Of a DNA stretch of 64,000 nt, positions 9,200 through 18,390 are shown piece by piece. Each line of letters begins with the position of its first letter. Position 1 is the stretch's first letter. A program made the translations under genes and the position numbers. Source of the DNA: a virus; IMG/VR virus record IMGVR_UViG_3300024503_000332. One strand, written 5' to 3'. The notes beneath the pieces were generated by a model. It did not search any database. It was not told the DNA's origin and saw only the letters and a list, made by a program, of their open reading frames with translations.

Positions 9200-9598
9200 T
9201 TATGGGCTTGCCTGTTCCATAACTTCTCCATAGTCACGTGATGTTTCTTGTGCCAATGTCGCAGTTATTTTTAGTTGTTGTTTTGCTTTTTCTAGATTTT
9301 CTAATGCTATTTTAACAGCGGAGTTAGTTTCAGCCAATGATTTCCACTGTAGTTCTTCGGCACGTTTATCACGGGCCCAGTCTAGCAATGACTCTGCTTC
9401 GTGATTTAGGCCAACTGAAGCGGTTGCCATGTTTATCTTTTGCCAGTTCTGACCGTCAAAGACTTCCATGCATTGCATACTGGTATTGTATCGCATGTTG
9501 CCGACACCCTGTGAACCAGAATAGTTATTGACGTATGTGCTGGCGCCGCCTCCTGACACCTGCACATATCTACCTGTGGGCATAATAGTACTAATCAT
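9200..9598 (-). CDS. Hypothetical protein
   Basis: 132 aa ORF between clamp and TGT-like genes. Confidence 0.7.
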   Translation of the reverse strand: MISTIMPTGRYVQVSGGGASTYVNNYSGSQGVGNMRYNTSMQCMEVFDGQNWQKINMATASVGLNHEAESLLDWARDKRAEELQWKSLAETNSAVKIALENLEKAKQQLKITATLAQETSRDYGEVMEQASP

Positions 9599-10335
9599 TA
9601 GGCCGCCTGTGCTGGAATAATGTATTTGTAAGTTGCCAATCCGCTGTCTAGCGTGATCTGGATAGCGCCTTCATTGCTCAATGACATCTTGGTGTTGTTG
9701 ACATCTGAAATCTTAAGAATACTCAAGATAGGCAACACAGGCCAAGTCCAACCACGATCAAGTTTACCTGGTACATTCTGTGCAAAGATAAACTCTCCGC
9801 CGTGTGTTGATGCATCACCGAAGATAAACTTTAGATTTCCACCTTCTGTCTTGGCAAGGAATGTTGGATGCTCGTTGTTAGCACCTGCTTGGAAGTTAAA
9901 ACGCTGTACAGCAGCAACAGTAGGTTCTACTTCTACGTCCCACTTAACACCACGGAACTTGACAGTCTTCATCTTTTCGTTGATGATTTCTGAGTTCATA
10001 AAACGATAGTCGTTCTTGAAGTCACCGTCTTTGTTTTCAAAGTGGATGCCTACAGGAATAGTTTCGCCATTGCGTTCTGCTGTAGTGATAGTGATTTTAG
10101 CATCATCTTTGTATTCTGCACCATCTAGCAGATACTTTAGCTTTTGCAGTTGCGGCATACCGAATACGCCAATCATGTCTGCATATGGAGCAGAAGTTTC
10201 AGCTTCCATGATAACTGAACGGTCATCTGCCATTGAGTTAATAGTTGTCTTTTCTTCTGTACCTGTTACCTTGACGGTAGTTAGAAAACCGAGGTTCTGT
10301 GTATGACCCACGATATCTTGTAAAATGTCTTTCAT
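9598..10335 (-). CDS. DNA polymerase sliding clamp (gp45/PCNA-like)
   Basis: 245 aa two-domain alpha/beta size, C-terminal YKYIIPA, directly downstream of polB; a clamp loader is present in the window. Confidence 0.65.
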   Translation of the reverse strand: MKDILQDIVGHTQNLGFLTTVKVTGTEEKTTINSMADDRSVIMEAETSAPYADMIGVFGMPQLQKLKYLLDGAEYKDDAKITITTAERNGETIPVGIHFENKDGDFKNDYRFMNSEIINEKMKTVKFRGVKWDVEVEPTVAAVQRFNFQAGANNEHPTFLAKTEGGNLKFIFGDASTHGGEFIFAQNVPGKLDRGWTWPVLPILSILKISDVNNTKMSLSNEGAIQITLDSGLATYKYIIPAQAA

Positions 10336-10395
10336 TAGAGTTCTCCAGTTATAATCTGATTATATTTAGATCTTGAGAAAAAAACAAGTGTCAAA

Positions 10396-13065
10396 TCACT
10401 CAAAATCAAATAACTTGTTAAAGGTATTATCGCTTCTAGTTTGACTGATGTCCCATTCAAGGACCCCGATCAAGTTTTCTAGCTTTTCATCGATAACGGT
10501 ATTTTCCATCTGATGATCGTCAAATGGAAGATCTTTAAACCACTGCGGCAATCTCAGTTCGTCGACTGGGTAAGCCACAGATGTATAGCCCATAGGATTT
10601 TCTTTGAGCTTGCAGACGATGACCTTGGCACCGTCTACGATAGTCATAGAATACTTGTCGTCAAACATACGTTTCAAAGTATTCCAGTTTAAGGAAGCTC
10701 TAACATGACCTGGCATATTGGCCTTGCCTGCTTTCTTTTCTTTGGCTGCATACTCTGTAATGTTGTTGGCACGTTTAGGTGAACCTTTTTCCCAACCTGG
10801 TCTAGTTTTAAAATCGGTTCGGAAGTCAGTGATATATTCTAACACTTCTTCTTTAGGTACGCCATTTAGTACTCGGGTCAAGACTTCACTGAGAAAGTCT
10901 TGGATAACAACCGGGGTATCTGACCGCTTGAGGTCGAGCCCCATGGCTTTAATCTTGCCTGGTTTGCCGTCGACGTCTGATCGCTTGCCTTCTTTGTCGT
11001 AGTAGAGGACTGCATATCGTTTCTTTGTAATAAAGAGTCCTTTGCTTGCAACAATCTCGCGACCTGCCTTGATGACCTCTCCTCTAGATTTTGGCACGTG
11101 GAAAGCGTCTGACATGAACTTGACGAAGGTTCCATTTACAGTTTCTCCTATGGTGTCATAAAGTTCTACGACTGATTCTCTAGTCCAAGGAATCAATCCT
11201 TTCTCAATGTCCTTCTTTAGCGTAGTATACGCAGAGAAGTAACAAGAGTCTGTGTCACCGTAGATGATAGCTCGACCGATATGGTCATACTCTCCGGTAA
11301 TGATTTCGTTTACTTTACTGGCCATATGTTTTGCAATAGCTCTGCCCGTAAGCGTGGTAGATTGCCCGATCCTATTATCGAAAAAGCGACAACCAGGATT
11401 AAGGATTGCACCATAAAGGCTATTAAGATTAATCTTTTTAACCAGTTGACGCTTGTCCCAATATTCTTCTTCAATCTTGTTACCTGCCGCGATAGATTCT
11501 TTAAGTTTGGCCTGCATCTCTTTACGCTCTTTATACCAACGAGCTAGCAGACCAGGAATGATTCCTTCAGTTTCATATGTGAAGATAGTACCGTTGGCAC
11601 TGATCATCCATGGTTGATTACTTTCAAATATAAGATCATAAACTTGAGCGGCACTAAGGGTATCGCTGCCGCCACCTTCCCAGTCGATAGTTATGTCTCG
11701 TCCTACTTCTCTTTCCATCACTGAAGTGTATTCTAGACTTCCAAAGATGCCTTCCCAAGCGGCCGCAAAACTCTTACCTTTGGCCATTTCAGCTTCGAGG
11801 TGTGCTTTGGTCCCATCTTGGCGCAGTTGTCCTACGATAGTTTCGGGCCCCATGTTTAATGCACGAATGGCACTAGGATACAATGAGTTAATATCTAAAG
11901 AACCAATCCACTCGTGGATGCCTTTCTTAGGATATGCAACATACGCACCTGCGGCCTGTGTATCACCGTGTTCTTCCATCTTCTTACGATTAGGAACGAT
12001 CATACCTCTGCGATGTGCTTCATTGATAATAGCCTGTTCAGTAACAGCTACCGCACCCATAGTTGTCTGTAGCAATACAGTATTTTCGTGTGCGATCTTG
12101 TTTGACAGATCTAAGAACTTTAGTTTTTTATCTAACTTATCAAGTAGGCTTGTATCTTGTCTGTTGTATTCAATAAACTTTTTAAAGTCATTGTTATACA
12201 ACGCATCGAGTGTGCCTTCGTAGACTGTTTTGTTTTCGCCAATCTCCATCTCACCGATCGCATCTAGTCGATAAGTGTGACGCTCTTCATAGGTATATTT
12301 GCGATATAGCTCAAGACTATCTAAGTGAACACGACCGATTAGATCATATGTGACCGCTGTCTTACCAAACTTTTCATACTCTCTTTTCTTAGGATATTGG
12401 TTCCAAAGGCAGAAACGACGTGTATCTTCTTTGCTTAGGACTTTGGTAACACGATTGACCGTATAGGGAATATCAAACCCTTCACTGTTCCACCCGCTTA
12501 AAACATCAGCATCTTGTATCAGATCTAGAAAAGCATCTAACATATCTGCTTCGTTGTCGAATAGCATGGTATTAGGAAAATCTTCTACAGCCTTGGTTGC
12601 TTCAGCCATAGATAGCGTCTTAGGTGGCATAGCTAAACAAACTAATGTGTCAACCCATTGTAGATGCACAGCGATAGATGTGATAGGCATAAATGCATCG
12701 TCTGGGCTAGCATATCCTCTAGCAGGGTCGAAATCGACCTCAATATCGAAAAATGCTACATTTAGTTTTGGAGCGTCAATGTTGATATAATGGTCTTCTA
12801 GACATCTAAAGATAGGATTGATGTCTGATTCGTATAGCTTTTTGTTTGAATGTATAGCAAGTTCTTTTCGTAGTTCTTTGATATTTTTACAGACTACACG
12901 GGTGAGTGGTTCACCTTTGATACTTTGATACTTGCCCTTGGGATCGTAATAATAGAAAAGATGCTTGGCAGGATAATCTTTAAAATGCCTTTCACCTTTT
13001 TCATTGCGCTCAACGACACGAATAATGTCGTCTTCGCGATCATAGAATGCGTCAACGTAACTCAT
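10396..13065 (-). CDS. Family B DNA polymerase with 3'-5' exonuclease
   Basis: DIEVD, GWNSEGFDIPY, YNRQD, DINSLYPS, KINLNSLYG, YGDTDS, KKRY; AAGGAG SD before the ATG at 13065. Confidence 0.97.
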   Translation of the reverse strand: MSYVDAFYDREDDIIRVVERNEKGERHFKDYPAKHLFYYYDPKGKYQSIKGEPLTRVVCKNIKELRKELAIHSNKKLYESDINPIFRCLEDHYINIDAPKLNVAFFDIEVDFDPARGYASPDDAFMPITSIAVHLQWVDTLVCLAMPPKTLSMAEATKAVEDFPNTMLFDNEADMLDAFLDLIQDADVLSGWNSEGFDIPYTVNRVTKVLSKEDTRRFCLWNQYPKKREYEKFGKTAVTYDLIGRVHLDSLELYRKYTYEERHTYRLDAIGEMEIGENKTVYEGTLDALYNNDFKKFIEYNRQDTSLLDKLDKKLKFLDLSNKIAHENTVLLQTTMGAVAVTEQAIINEAHRRGMIVPNRKKMEEHGDTQAAGAYVAYPKKGIHEWIGSLDINSLYPSAIRALNMGPETIVGQLRQDGTKAHLEAEMAKGKSFAAAWEGIFGSLEYTSVMEREVGRDITIDWEGGGSDTLSAAQVYDLIFESNQPWMISANGTIFTYETEGIIPGLLARWYKERKEMQAKLKESIAAGNKIEEEYWDKRQLVKKINLNSLYGAILNPGCRFFDNRIGQSTTLTGRAIAKHMASKVNEIITGEYDHIGRAIIYGDTDSCYFSAYTTLKKDIEKGLIPWTRESVVELYDTIGETVNGTFVKFMSDAFHVPKSRGEVIKAGREIVASKGLFITKKRYAVLYYDKEGKRSDVDGKPGKIKAMGLDLKRSDTPVVIQDFLSEVLTRVLNGVPKEEVLEYITDFRTDFKTRPGWEKGSPKRANNITEYAAKEKKAGKANMPGHVRASLNWNTLKRMFDDKYSMTIVDGAKVIVCKLKENPMGYTSVAYPVDELRLPQWFKDLPFDDHQMENTVIDEKLENLIGVLEWDISQTRSDNTFNKLFDFE

Positions 13066-13075
13066 ATTTTTCTCC

Positions 13076-13123
13076 TTGCGATTTTCGGCTCGCAAATACC
13101 CAACTGATCATTTATGGCTGATC
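13076..13123 (-). promoter_or_regulatory. Tandem hairpins in the polB leader (candidate translational operator)
   Basis: GAUCA-GCCAUAAA-UGAUC and UUGCGA-GCCGAAAA-UCGCAA; the second abuts the AAGGAG SD. Confidence 0.5.
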
Positions 13124-13133
13124 GAACCTTATA

Positions 13134-13424
13134 TTAATTAGTTAGCATTCTTATCAGACCGTATGTATCAATACTGGTCAACAAGATGTAGTTAGCCAAC
13201 ATGCCAAATGATTTCCTAGTATAAGCAGCCCAAGCATACATGGCGCAGCCAGAGATCCAAACAGGATAAAGAGCGAGAAGTGGTGGGTTGGGGACAGTAA
13301 CAGCCATAGTAATACTGCACCCAATACTGACAGCCCAAGCGACAAGCTCAACAATAAAACGGAAAGGATTACTGTTCCAGTCATCTCGTATCCAATCAAA
13401 GGTTGGTTTTAATAAGTCTATCAT
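13134..13424 (-). CDS. Small membrane protein (about 3 TM helices)
   Basis: Three hydrophobic segments. Confidence 0.7.
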   Translation of the reverse strand: MIDLLKPTFDWIRDDWNSNPFRFIVELVAWAVSIGCSITMAVTVPNPPLLALYPVWISGCAMYAWAAYTRKSFGMLANYILLTSIDTYGLIRMLTN

Positions 13425-13681
13425 TCTGGTAAGCGTTTAGTAACACCAAGAATACCTTCGATTTCTTCCCATTCGTTTTCGTGATCTTTCCAGTTGTCTT
13501 TATGTGCGATGCGAATAGCTTTATTGATAATACTTGGTTTAAGTTGTAGTTCTTCTGCTACTGCCTTGACTGTTTCTTTAAGACCTTCTTGCAGATCTTC
13601 TACTTCGCGTAGGACATTTGATCCTTCGTTGATCAATCTTTCTAGTTTTGCTTTTTCTTCCGGACCATAGATTTTTGCCAT
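13421..13681 (-). CDS. dsDNA-binding protein (T4 DsbA/GapR-like)
   Basis: LERLINEGSNVLREVEDLQEGLKETVKAVAEELQLKPSIINKAIRIAHK helical pattern. Confidence 0.6.
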   Translation of the reverse strand: MAKIYGPEEKAKLERLINEGSNVLREVEDLQEGLKETVKAVAEELQLKPSIINKAIRIAHKDNWKDHENEWEEIEGILGVTKRLPE

Positions 13682-13704
13682 TAGTTTCTCCTGACTATAA
13701 GACA

Positions 13705-13733
13705 AGTATATAGTCATAAAAAAAGCCAGTCAA
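13705..13733 (-). promoter_or_regulatory. Sigma70-type promoter overlapping a terminator
   Basis: TTGACT-17 nt-TATACT. Confidence 0.6.
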
Positions 13734-13748
13734 CCTATGACTGGCTTT
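13718..13748 (-). terminator. Intrinsic terminator
   Basis: GCCAGTCA-TAGGT-TGACTGGC followed by T7. Confidence 0.8.
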
Positions 13749-13767
13749 ATATTACCAAAAACAAAAA

Positions 13768-14610
13768 TTATTTTTGTGCTTCGGATAGAACGTCGTACAT
13801 TTCAAATACACCGCCCATACGCTCGTATACTAAACCAGCATAAACTTCTTGTTTGGCTGATTCGTTAAACTTTCTTTGAGCGATTCTAGTTGCCCAAGCA
13901 AACAGTTCACGATCAACTGGATCGATTTGTTGTTGGCCACCGCTTTCACGGACTAGTTGGATCATTTGTTTGAAAGTTAGTTTTTGTTCTATGCTTTCTT
14001 TAACTGCTTTCTTTTTACCGAAGAACTTGGCTTGTTTAGCACTCATGCCCTTTTTATCGTCCTTCTTGTCTCCGCCCTTGGATTTAGCAGCACTCTTCAT
14101 TGGTTCTTTCTTGTTGCCGTCTTTGTCTAGATCTAGGAAATCTGGCTTAGAACCTTCTTCCATCTTTTCCTTCTTGGCTTTCTTCTTGTCGTCAGCTTTC
14201 TTGGCTTCTACCATCTTGCTGAACTTAGATTTAAATGCCACTGGATCGATGGATTCTTTCTTAGCTTTCTTCTTTGGTGCGTCTTCGTCGTCACTAACAT
14301 TAGGAGCTTTATCACCGCCGTAGTTCTTGCCTGCGTGGTGTTTGATACCTGTTTTAGTCTTTTCGATAGTTCCGCCAGTTGAGCTTGGCTTCTTATCGCC
14401 GACTTTCATTTCTTCTTTGACTTCTTCTTTATCTTCTTTCTTTTCTTCAGCTTTTTTCTTAGCTTCTGAAATATATGAAGAAGTGCCAGCTAGTACACGA
14501 AGCTGGGCGTCTTCGTTTAGCTGTACAGCTTTAGGTAGCTGTGGTGCAGGAACTGAGCTGATCTTGTCATCTAGTTCTCCGATCTTGTTAATGAGTGCTT
14601 TAAAATCCAT
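13768..14610 (-). CDS. Lys/Glu-rich probable internal head/core protein
   Basis: KPDFLDLDKDGNKKEPMK motif; many hydrophobic-x-E sites; TAAATA upstream. Confidence 0.6.
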   Translation of the reverse strand: MDFKALINKIGELDDKISSVPAPQLPKAVQLNEDAQLRVLAGTSSYISEAKKKAEEKKEDKEEVKEEMKVGDKKPSSTGGTIEKTKTGIKHHAGKNYGGDKAPNVSDDEDAPKKKAKKESIDPVAFKSKFSKMVEAKKADDKKKAKKEKMEEGSKPDFLDLDKDGNKKEPMKSAAKSKGGDKKDDKKGMSAKQAKFFGKKKAVKESIEQKLTFKQMIQLVRESGGQQQIDPVDRELFAWATRIAQRKFNESAKQEVYAGLVYERMGGVFEMYDVLSEAQK

Positions 14611-14642
14611 GTTAGTGTCCTTGCGTTTTAAGGTTCATAATG

Positions 14643-14648
14643 TATTTA
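14643..14648 (-). promoter_or_regulatory. Late promoter-like TAAATA
   Basis: GATAAATACA about 30 nt upstream of the ORF; motif recurs before structural genes. Confidence 0.5.
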
Positions 14649-14831
14649 TCTTTTGATAATAGATTCGCTTTTCTTCTTGCTCTTACGTTTCTGCCCGTAA
14701 CTGCCCCCAAACAGCGTTCCTACATTAGGGCCTGCTCCTGTAGCAGATGTACTAGCTATAGCTCCTGCGCCTGTAGCACCCGCTGAAGCGGACTCTTTTA
14801 CAGGTTTCCTTAATATTTCTGCTAGTCTCAT
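14646..14831 (-). CDS. Small probable internal head protein
   Basis: MRLAEILRKPVKE-SASAGATGAGAIAS, basic C-terminus. Confidence 0.6.
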   Translation of the reverse strand: MRLAEILRKPVKESASAGATGAGAIASTSATGAGPNVGTLFGGSYGQKRKSKKKSESIIKR

Positions 14832-16000
14832 TTTTTATGCCCTCTACGCATATTTATCTGCCAGCGGGCCAGTTGTCCTTTACGCCCTTTTGCATGTGAA
14901 GCCTTTTCTAGTTCAGCCATAGTAGCTTTTTTGGGTATTCCGTGACGTTGGCTATCACCCGGACGACCAGGACCTTTACCGTCCGCGAAGTTTTCTTTAG
15001 TTAACGAACCGTCGATTATTTCAGGATGCGACTTGGTATAAAGTTTCATCAGATATCCTGCTTTGGAATCTGCATCCATTTCATTGGGACTCCCGGGAGG
15101 ACTATGTCCATGTATACGACCCTCTTCACCCTGTTTTTCATGAGTCATTTCATGCGCTAGGGTTCTAAAGATATCTACTAGATTTCTATGTCCTGTATAG
15201 ACATATATTACATTTTTCTCTTTATTAAAATAACCAGTTCTATGTTTGCTTTTTGCTAACTTAGTATTGTTACTAAAAATAATCTCTGGTAGGGGATCGT
15301 GTAGGTTTAGCTTTTTGTAAACCCATTTTATAAAGTGTTCTACTTTTTTCTGATGTGGATGATAGTCTTCTCTGATGCTTTCATCTTTTGCTGTAGCAAT
15401 AGCGTTACTACCACCTCTATCTTTGCTAACAAGTTGTTGAGGCTCGTGATCTTGTTCGCCTTTGGCTACACGTCTGGCACGTTTAAGCCCGTCTAAGATA
15501 ACTCTAAGACTGTCTTCGTCTGCTTGATATTTGATACCGATGCCGCCAGCAGCTTCCCATGATGTTATATTGCTTCCTCGATCGTCGATTAATACGTTAG
15601 GAAGTCCATTGGGACTTTTAGCATATTTGGCCTTGTTAGGAGTTATAATGATTTCTTTAGGTTGTACATGTAGATTCTTTTGAATCCATCTACGCTTTTG
15701 TACACCTGAGTTCTCGTGATCTCCTCTAAGAGGACTTGAACAGATCTTATAACTTCCGGCAGCATCGACTACTATATCTAAAAGTTTATCTGCTGTTGGA
15801 AACTTAGGAAGCCTAAAAAAGAAATCAGTACCGACCATCTTATCTAATGTAGGATCTGCCTTGGCGGGAGGAATGTCTCTGTAGTTACCGCTTTTTACTC
15901 CTGCAAGTTTAGCATATTCTGTAAAGAAGTCCGCGATCACACCGTCCATGTCTACATAGACTTCCATTCCTTCTGGTAAGTGTAGATCTGCTGCTTTCAT
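14828..16000 (-). CDS. Fusion of HAD 5'(3')-deoxyribonucleotidase, zincin HExxH domain and basic C-terminal module
   Basis: VYVDMDGVIADF...LIDDRGSNI; TLAHEMTHEKQ...NEMDA; ENFADGKGPGRPG. Confidence 0.78.
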   Translation of the reverse strand: MKAADLHLPEGMEVYVDMDGVIADFFTEYAKLAGVKSGNYRDIPPAKADPTLDKMVGTDFFFRLPKFPTADKLLDIVVDAAGSYKICSSPLRGDHENSGVQKRRWIQKNLHVQPKEIIITPNKAKYAKSPNGLPNVLIDDRGSNITSWEAAGGIGIKYQADEDSLRVILDGLKRARRVAKGEQDHEPQQLVSKDRGGSNAIATAKDESIREDYHPHQKKVEHFIKWVYKKLNLHDPLPEIIFSNNTKLAKSKHRTGYFNKEKNVIYVYTGHRNLVDIFRTLAHEMTHEKQGEEGRIHGHSPPGSPNEMDADSKAGYLMKLYTKSHPEIIDGSLTKENFADGKGPGRPGDSQRHGIPKKATMAELEKASHAKGRKGQLARWQINMRRGHKK

Positions 16001-16146
16001 TAGTGTTGTCCGTAAGGATTTTTAGGAGTATCTTCTTCGTTATTATTTTCTGGGTATACCGGATATTGTTGAGGCTCCGGTGACTTATTTTCTTCTTCTA
16101 GACGTTTTGTCGTTCTTTCGATATAGTCTTTAAGAGTTTTGTCCAT
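16000..16146 (-). CDS. Small hypothetical protein (48 aa, not in ORF track)
   Basis: MDKTLKDYIERTTKRLEEENKSPEPQQYPVYPENN...; TAATG coupling at both ends. Confidence 0.6.
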   Translation of the reverse strand: MDKTLKDYIERTTKRLEEENKSPEPQQYPVYPENNNEEDTPKNPYGQH

Positions 16147-16481
16147 TAGTCTGTGGCCTTTTCACCTGTACGAGATACTTCCCATTTTTTACCAGTCTGC
16201 TCAGTTTTTCTGCGGCACATGTCTTGTAAACGACGAAGCTGGGCCATTTCTCTGTGATCGTCAGCGTATGTTCCTTGACCGTGTAATACCTTCCATTTCC
16301 TACCATTGATATAGATGGCAAAGTTATTTGGTGGTTCAGTATTACCCTCGTCCCAATCGTCAGCTCTATTTCTGCGACCGAACCCGCTTACGCTACTATT
16401 GTAATCTCTATCGTAGCTTCCGCCACCACCGAAGTAGCCTGCCTCATCTAAATCACTTTTTATAATATCTTTGTATCTCAT
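16146..16481 (-). CDS. Hypothetical probable internal head protein
   Basis: Starts MRYKDIIKSDLDE-AG. Confidence 0.65.
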   Translation of the reverse strand: MRYKDIIKSDLDEAGYFGGGGSYDRDYNSSVSGFGRRNRADDWDEGNTEPPNNFAIYINGRKWKVLHGQGTYADDHREMAQLRRLQDMCRRKTEQTGKKWEVSRTGEKATD

Positions 16482-16482
16482 T

Positions 16483-16806
16483 TTAAACTCCAAAGCTACT
16501 GCCACAGCCACATGTAGTAGTGGCATTAGGATTTTTTATAGTAAACTGACTGCCCATCAAATCTTCTTTATAATCAATAACAGCACCAGTCATATAGGTC
16601 ATACTCATCGAATCTATAAGTATTTTCCAACGTCCTACTGATATTTCAAAATCATCTTCATTCTGCTCGTCATCAAAGGTAAAACCGTATTGGAATCCAG
16701 AACATCCACCGCCTTGTACAAAGGTGCGCAACTTTAGATTAGGATTGTTTTCCTCATCTAAAAGATCTTGTATCTTTACTTTAGCCGATGGAGTAACTTC
16801 TACCAT
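16483..16806 (-). CDS. erpA: A-type Fe-S cluster carrier ErpA/IscA
   Basis: [11 protein letters not shown] and [14 protein letters not shown]. Confidence 0.93.
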   Translation of the reverse strand: MVEVTPSAKVKIQDLLDEENNPNLKLRTFVQGGGCSGFQYGFTFDDEQNEDDFEISVGRWKILIDSMSMTYMTGAVIDYKEDLMGSQFTIKNPNATTTCGCGSSFGV

Positions 16807-17468
16807 TATAGTCCTGCACCTCCAACTAGATCACCTCTCTTCGCTGGACGATTTTTTTTAGAACCGCGGTTACTCCATTGTCCTGCAGGGCCTTGCTTGT
16901 ATGATCCTGCCATTGGAAACTTCATACCTTCTGTGGTTTCTTCTTTATTGCCGTAGCGTCTTTCCCATTCTTCACTGTCGACTATATCGTCGATCTCGTC
17001 GTTGGCATATTTGATAAGACTCTTTATTGTTTTTTCTAGATTATATACGCTACCGTTAGCCTGGCGTATAGCCTGTACTGACTCGTCAATAGCATCTTCT
17101 AGATCTAATACACTGTTTTGATCGAAGCCTTCTAGAGATTGTTTTAGCCCCATAATCTGGCTTTCTATTTCTTCAAACACATAATGGTTGTCGCTGCTGA
17201 TTTTTAGAACCGAAGGAAGTATTTTTTCTAAGCTAGAGATATGTGCTTCAATCTTTGCTATTTTAGCATCAGCGTCTGGATTGCCAGTTGCTTCATCTAC
17301 TTCGATGGGTTTCTTGTGTTTAACTTCGCCCTGTTTTTGAGATTTCTTTTTATCTTTATGGGGACCAGCACCTGTCTGTGTAGGAGCATGACCTGTTCTT
17401 GGCTTAATATTAAACTTCTTAGCCTTACGATCTTTTTTATTTTCTAATAGTAGGTCTTTGATTTTCAT
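16806..17468 (-). CDS. Hypothetical probable internal head protein
   Basis: [10 protein letters not shown]-terminus; basic, coiled-coil and basic modules. Confidence 0.65.
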   Translation of the reverse strand: MKIKDLLLENKKDRKAKKFNIKPRTGHAPTQTGAGPHKDKKKSQKQGEVKHKKPIEVDEATGNPDADAKIAKIEAHISSLEKILPSVLKISSDNHYVFEEIESQIMGLKQSLEGFDQNSVLDLEDAIDESVQAIRQANGSVYNLEKTIKSLIKYANDEIDDIVDSEEWERRYGNKEETTEGMKFPMAGSYKQGPAGQWSNRGSKKNRPAKRGDLVGGAGL

Positions 17469-18055
17469 TGTTTTATTCCCATACCTTTTCTGACCAATGC
17501 AAACATTTCTTCAGCTAGTTCACCTGCTCCCGTTGCTTCTGCAAATCCTTGAAGATCATTGTTTGCAGCCGCAGCTCTTGCTTTACTTGCGCTCACTCCT
17601 TCGACACCGGGACTATCTGGATCTCTAGCACCACTTGATTTTAAATCAATAGTTTCAAAATCATAAAACCCGTGTGCTTTCCCTTCGATACCGTTGTAGT
17701 CTTTTATTAACTTTCCCATAACTGGTAGTCGATCATCACCAGCTACAAATGTTACATGTTTATAACCTTGATCGTATAGATAAGAGCAAACTTTTCCTAT
17801 AGTATTAAGATTAGCATCATCAACTACCTTTCCTGCATGTTGCGGAAATAGTTGTTTGATAAATCTTACTTTATCCTCTGGACTTAAAGGATTTTCTTTT
17901 TTATCCTGTGTCCTGCTAGGAAATATACGATAATCGCCGCCGACTGAAGCAACAGTGTCCATTAACTTTTCGTGGCCCAATGTGGGAGGATTCATCCTGC
18001 CAAAGCAGAAAGAAACGTGTTTAGACCCGTCTTCGAAAAGTTCTCTGAATCTCAC
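17465..18055 (-). CDS. Cytidylyltransferase-like (HxGH) nucleotidyltransferase
   Basis: FGRMNPPTLGHEKL, KENPL, VAGDDR, VSASKAR. Confidence 0.8.
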   Translation of the reverse strand: MRFRELFEDGSKHVSFCFGRMNPPTLGHEKLMDTVASVGGDYRIFPSRTQDKKENPLSPEDKVRFIKQLFPQHAGKVVDDANLNTIGKVCSYLYDQGYKHVTFVAGDDRLPVMGKLIKDYNGIEGKAHGFYDFETIDLKSSGARDPDSPGVEGVSASKARAAAANNDLQGFAEATGAGELAEEMFALVRKGMGIKQ

Positions 18056-18390
18056 TTATACTGCCCTTCTTCAATATGTTTGTGTTGTTCTTCTGCTATT
18101 TTTTTAGCAAGGTCGATAATAACTTCTGGAGTAAACTTCTTATTCTTATCATTAATATCAAATTTTGCACAGTAATCCTCGCAGCAATGTTCTAACGGTT
18201 TGATATAAAACTTGTAAGCATCGGGCCTTCCGTGAAACTGTTGATGTTTCATTATAGCAGGAAATAGATGATTTGCCAATAGGTCAGAATCATTATCGAT
18301 ATAAAACTTCAAATCATCTCCCCAATCGATTTCGGGCTCTTCGGTTTTTTTCGGTCCGCCGATTGGACTAAACATTTCTCTCAGTAACAT
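18052..18390 (-). CDS. Hypothetical protein
   Basis: MLLREMF N-terminus; 112 aa. Confidence 0.7.
   Translation of the reverse strand: MLLREMFSPIGGPKKTEEPEIDWGDDLKFYIDNDSDLLANHLFPAIMKHQQFHGRPDAYKFYIKPLEHCCEDYCAKFDINDKNKKFTPEVIIDLAKKIAEEQHKHIEEGQYK

Noticed and set aside
10359-10394. TTGACA and TATAAT upstream of the clamp gene
   Set aside because: Spacing is about 24 nt, too long for sigma70; only the TAAATA is retained as a candidate
11693-12223. 176 aa plus-strand ORF
   Set aside because: Antisense to the conserved polB core
10396-13065. Possible intein or intron in polB (also checked clpA and the clamp loader)
   Set aside because: Lengths are normal and motifs contiguous; no splice-junction or homing endonuclease motifs seen
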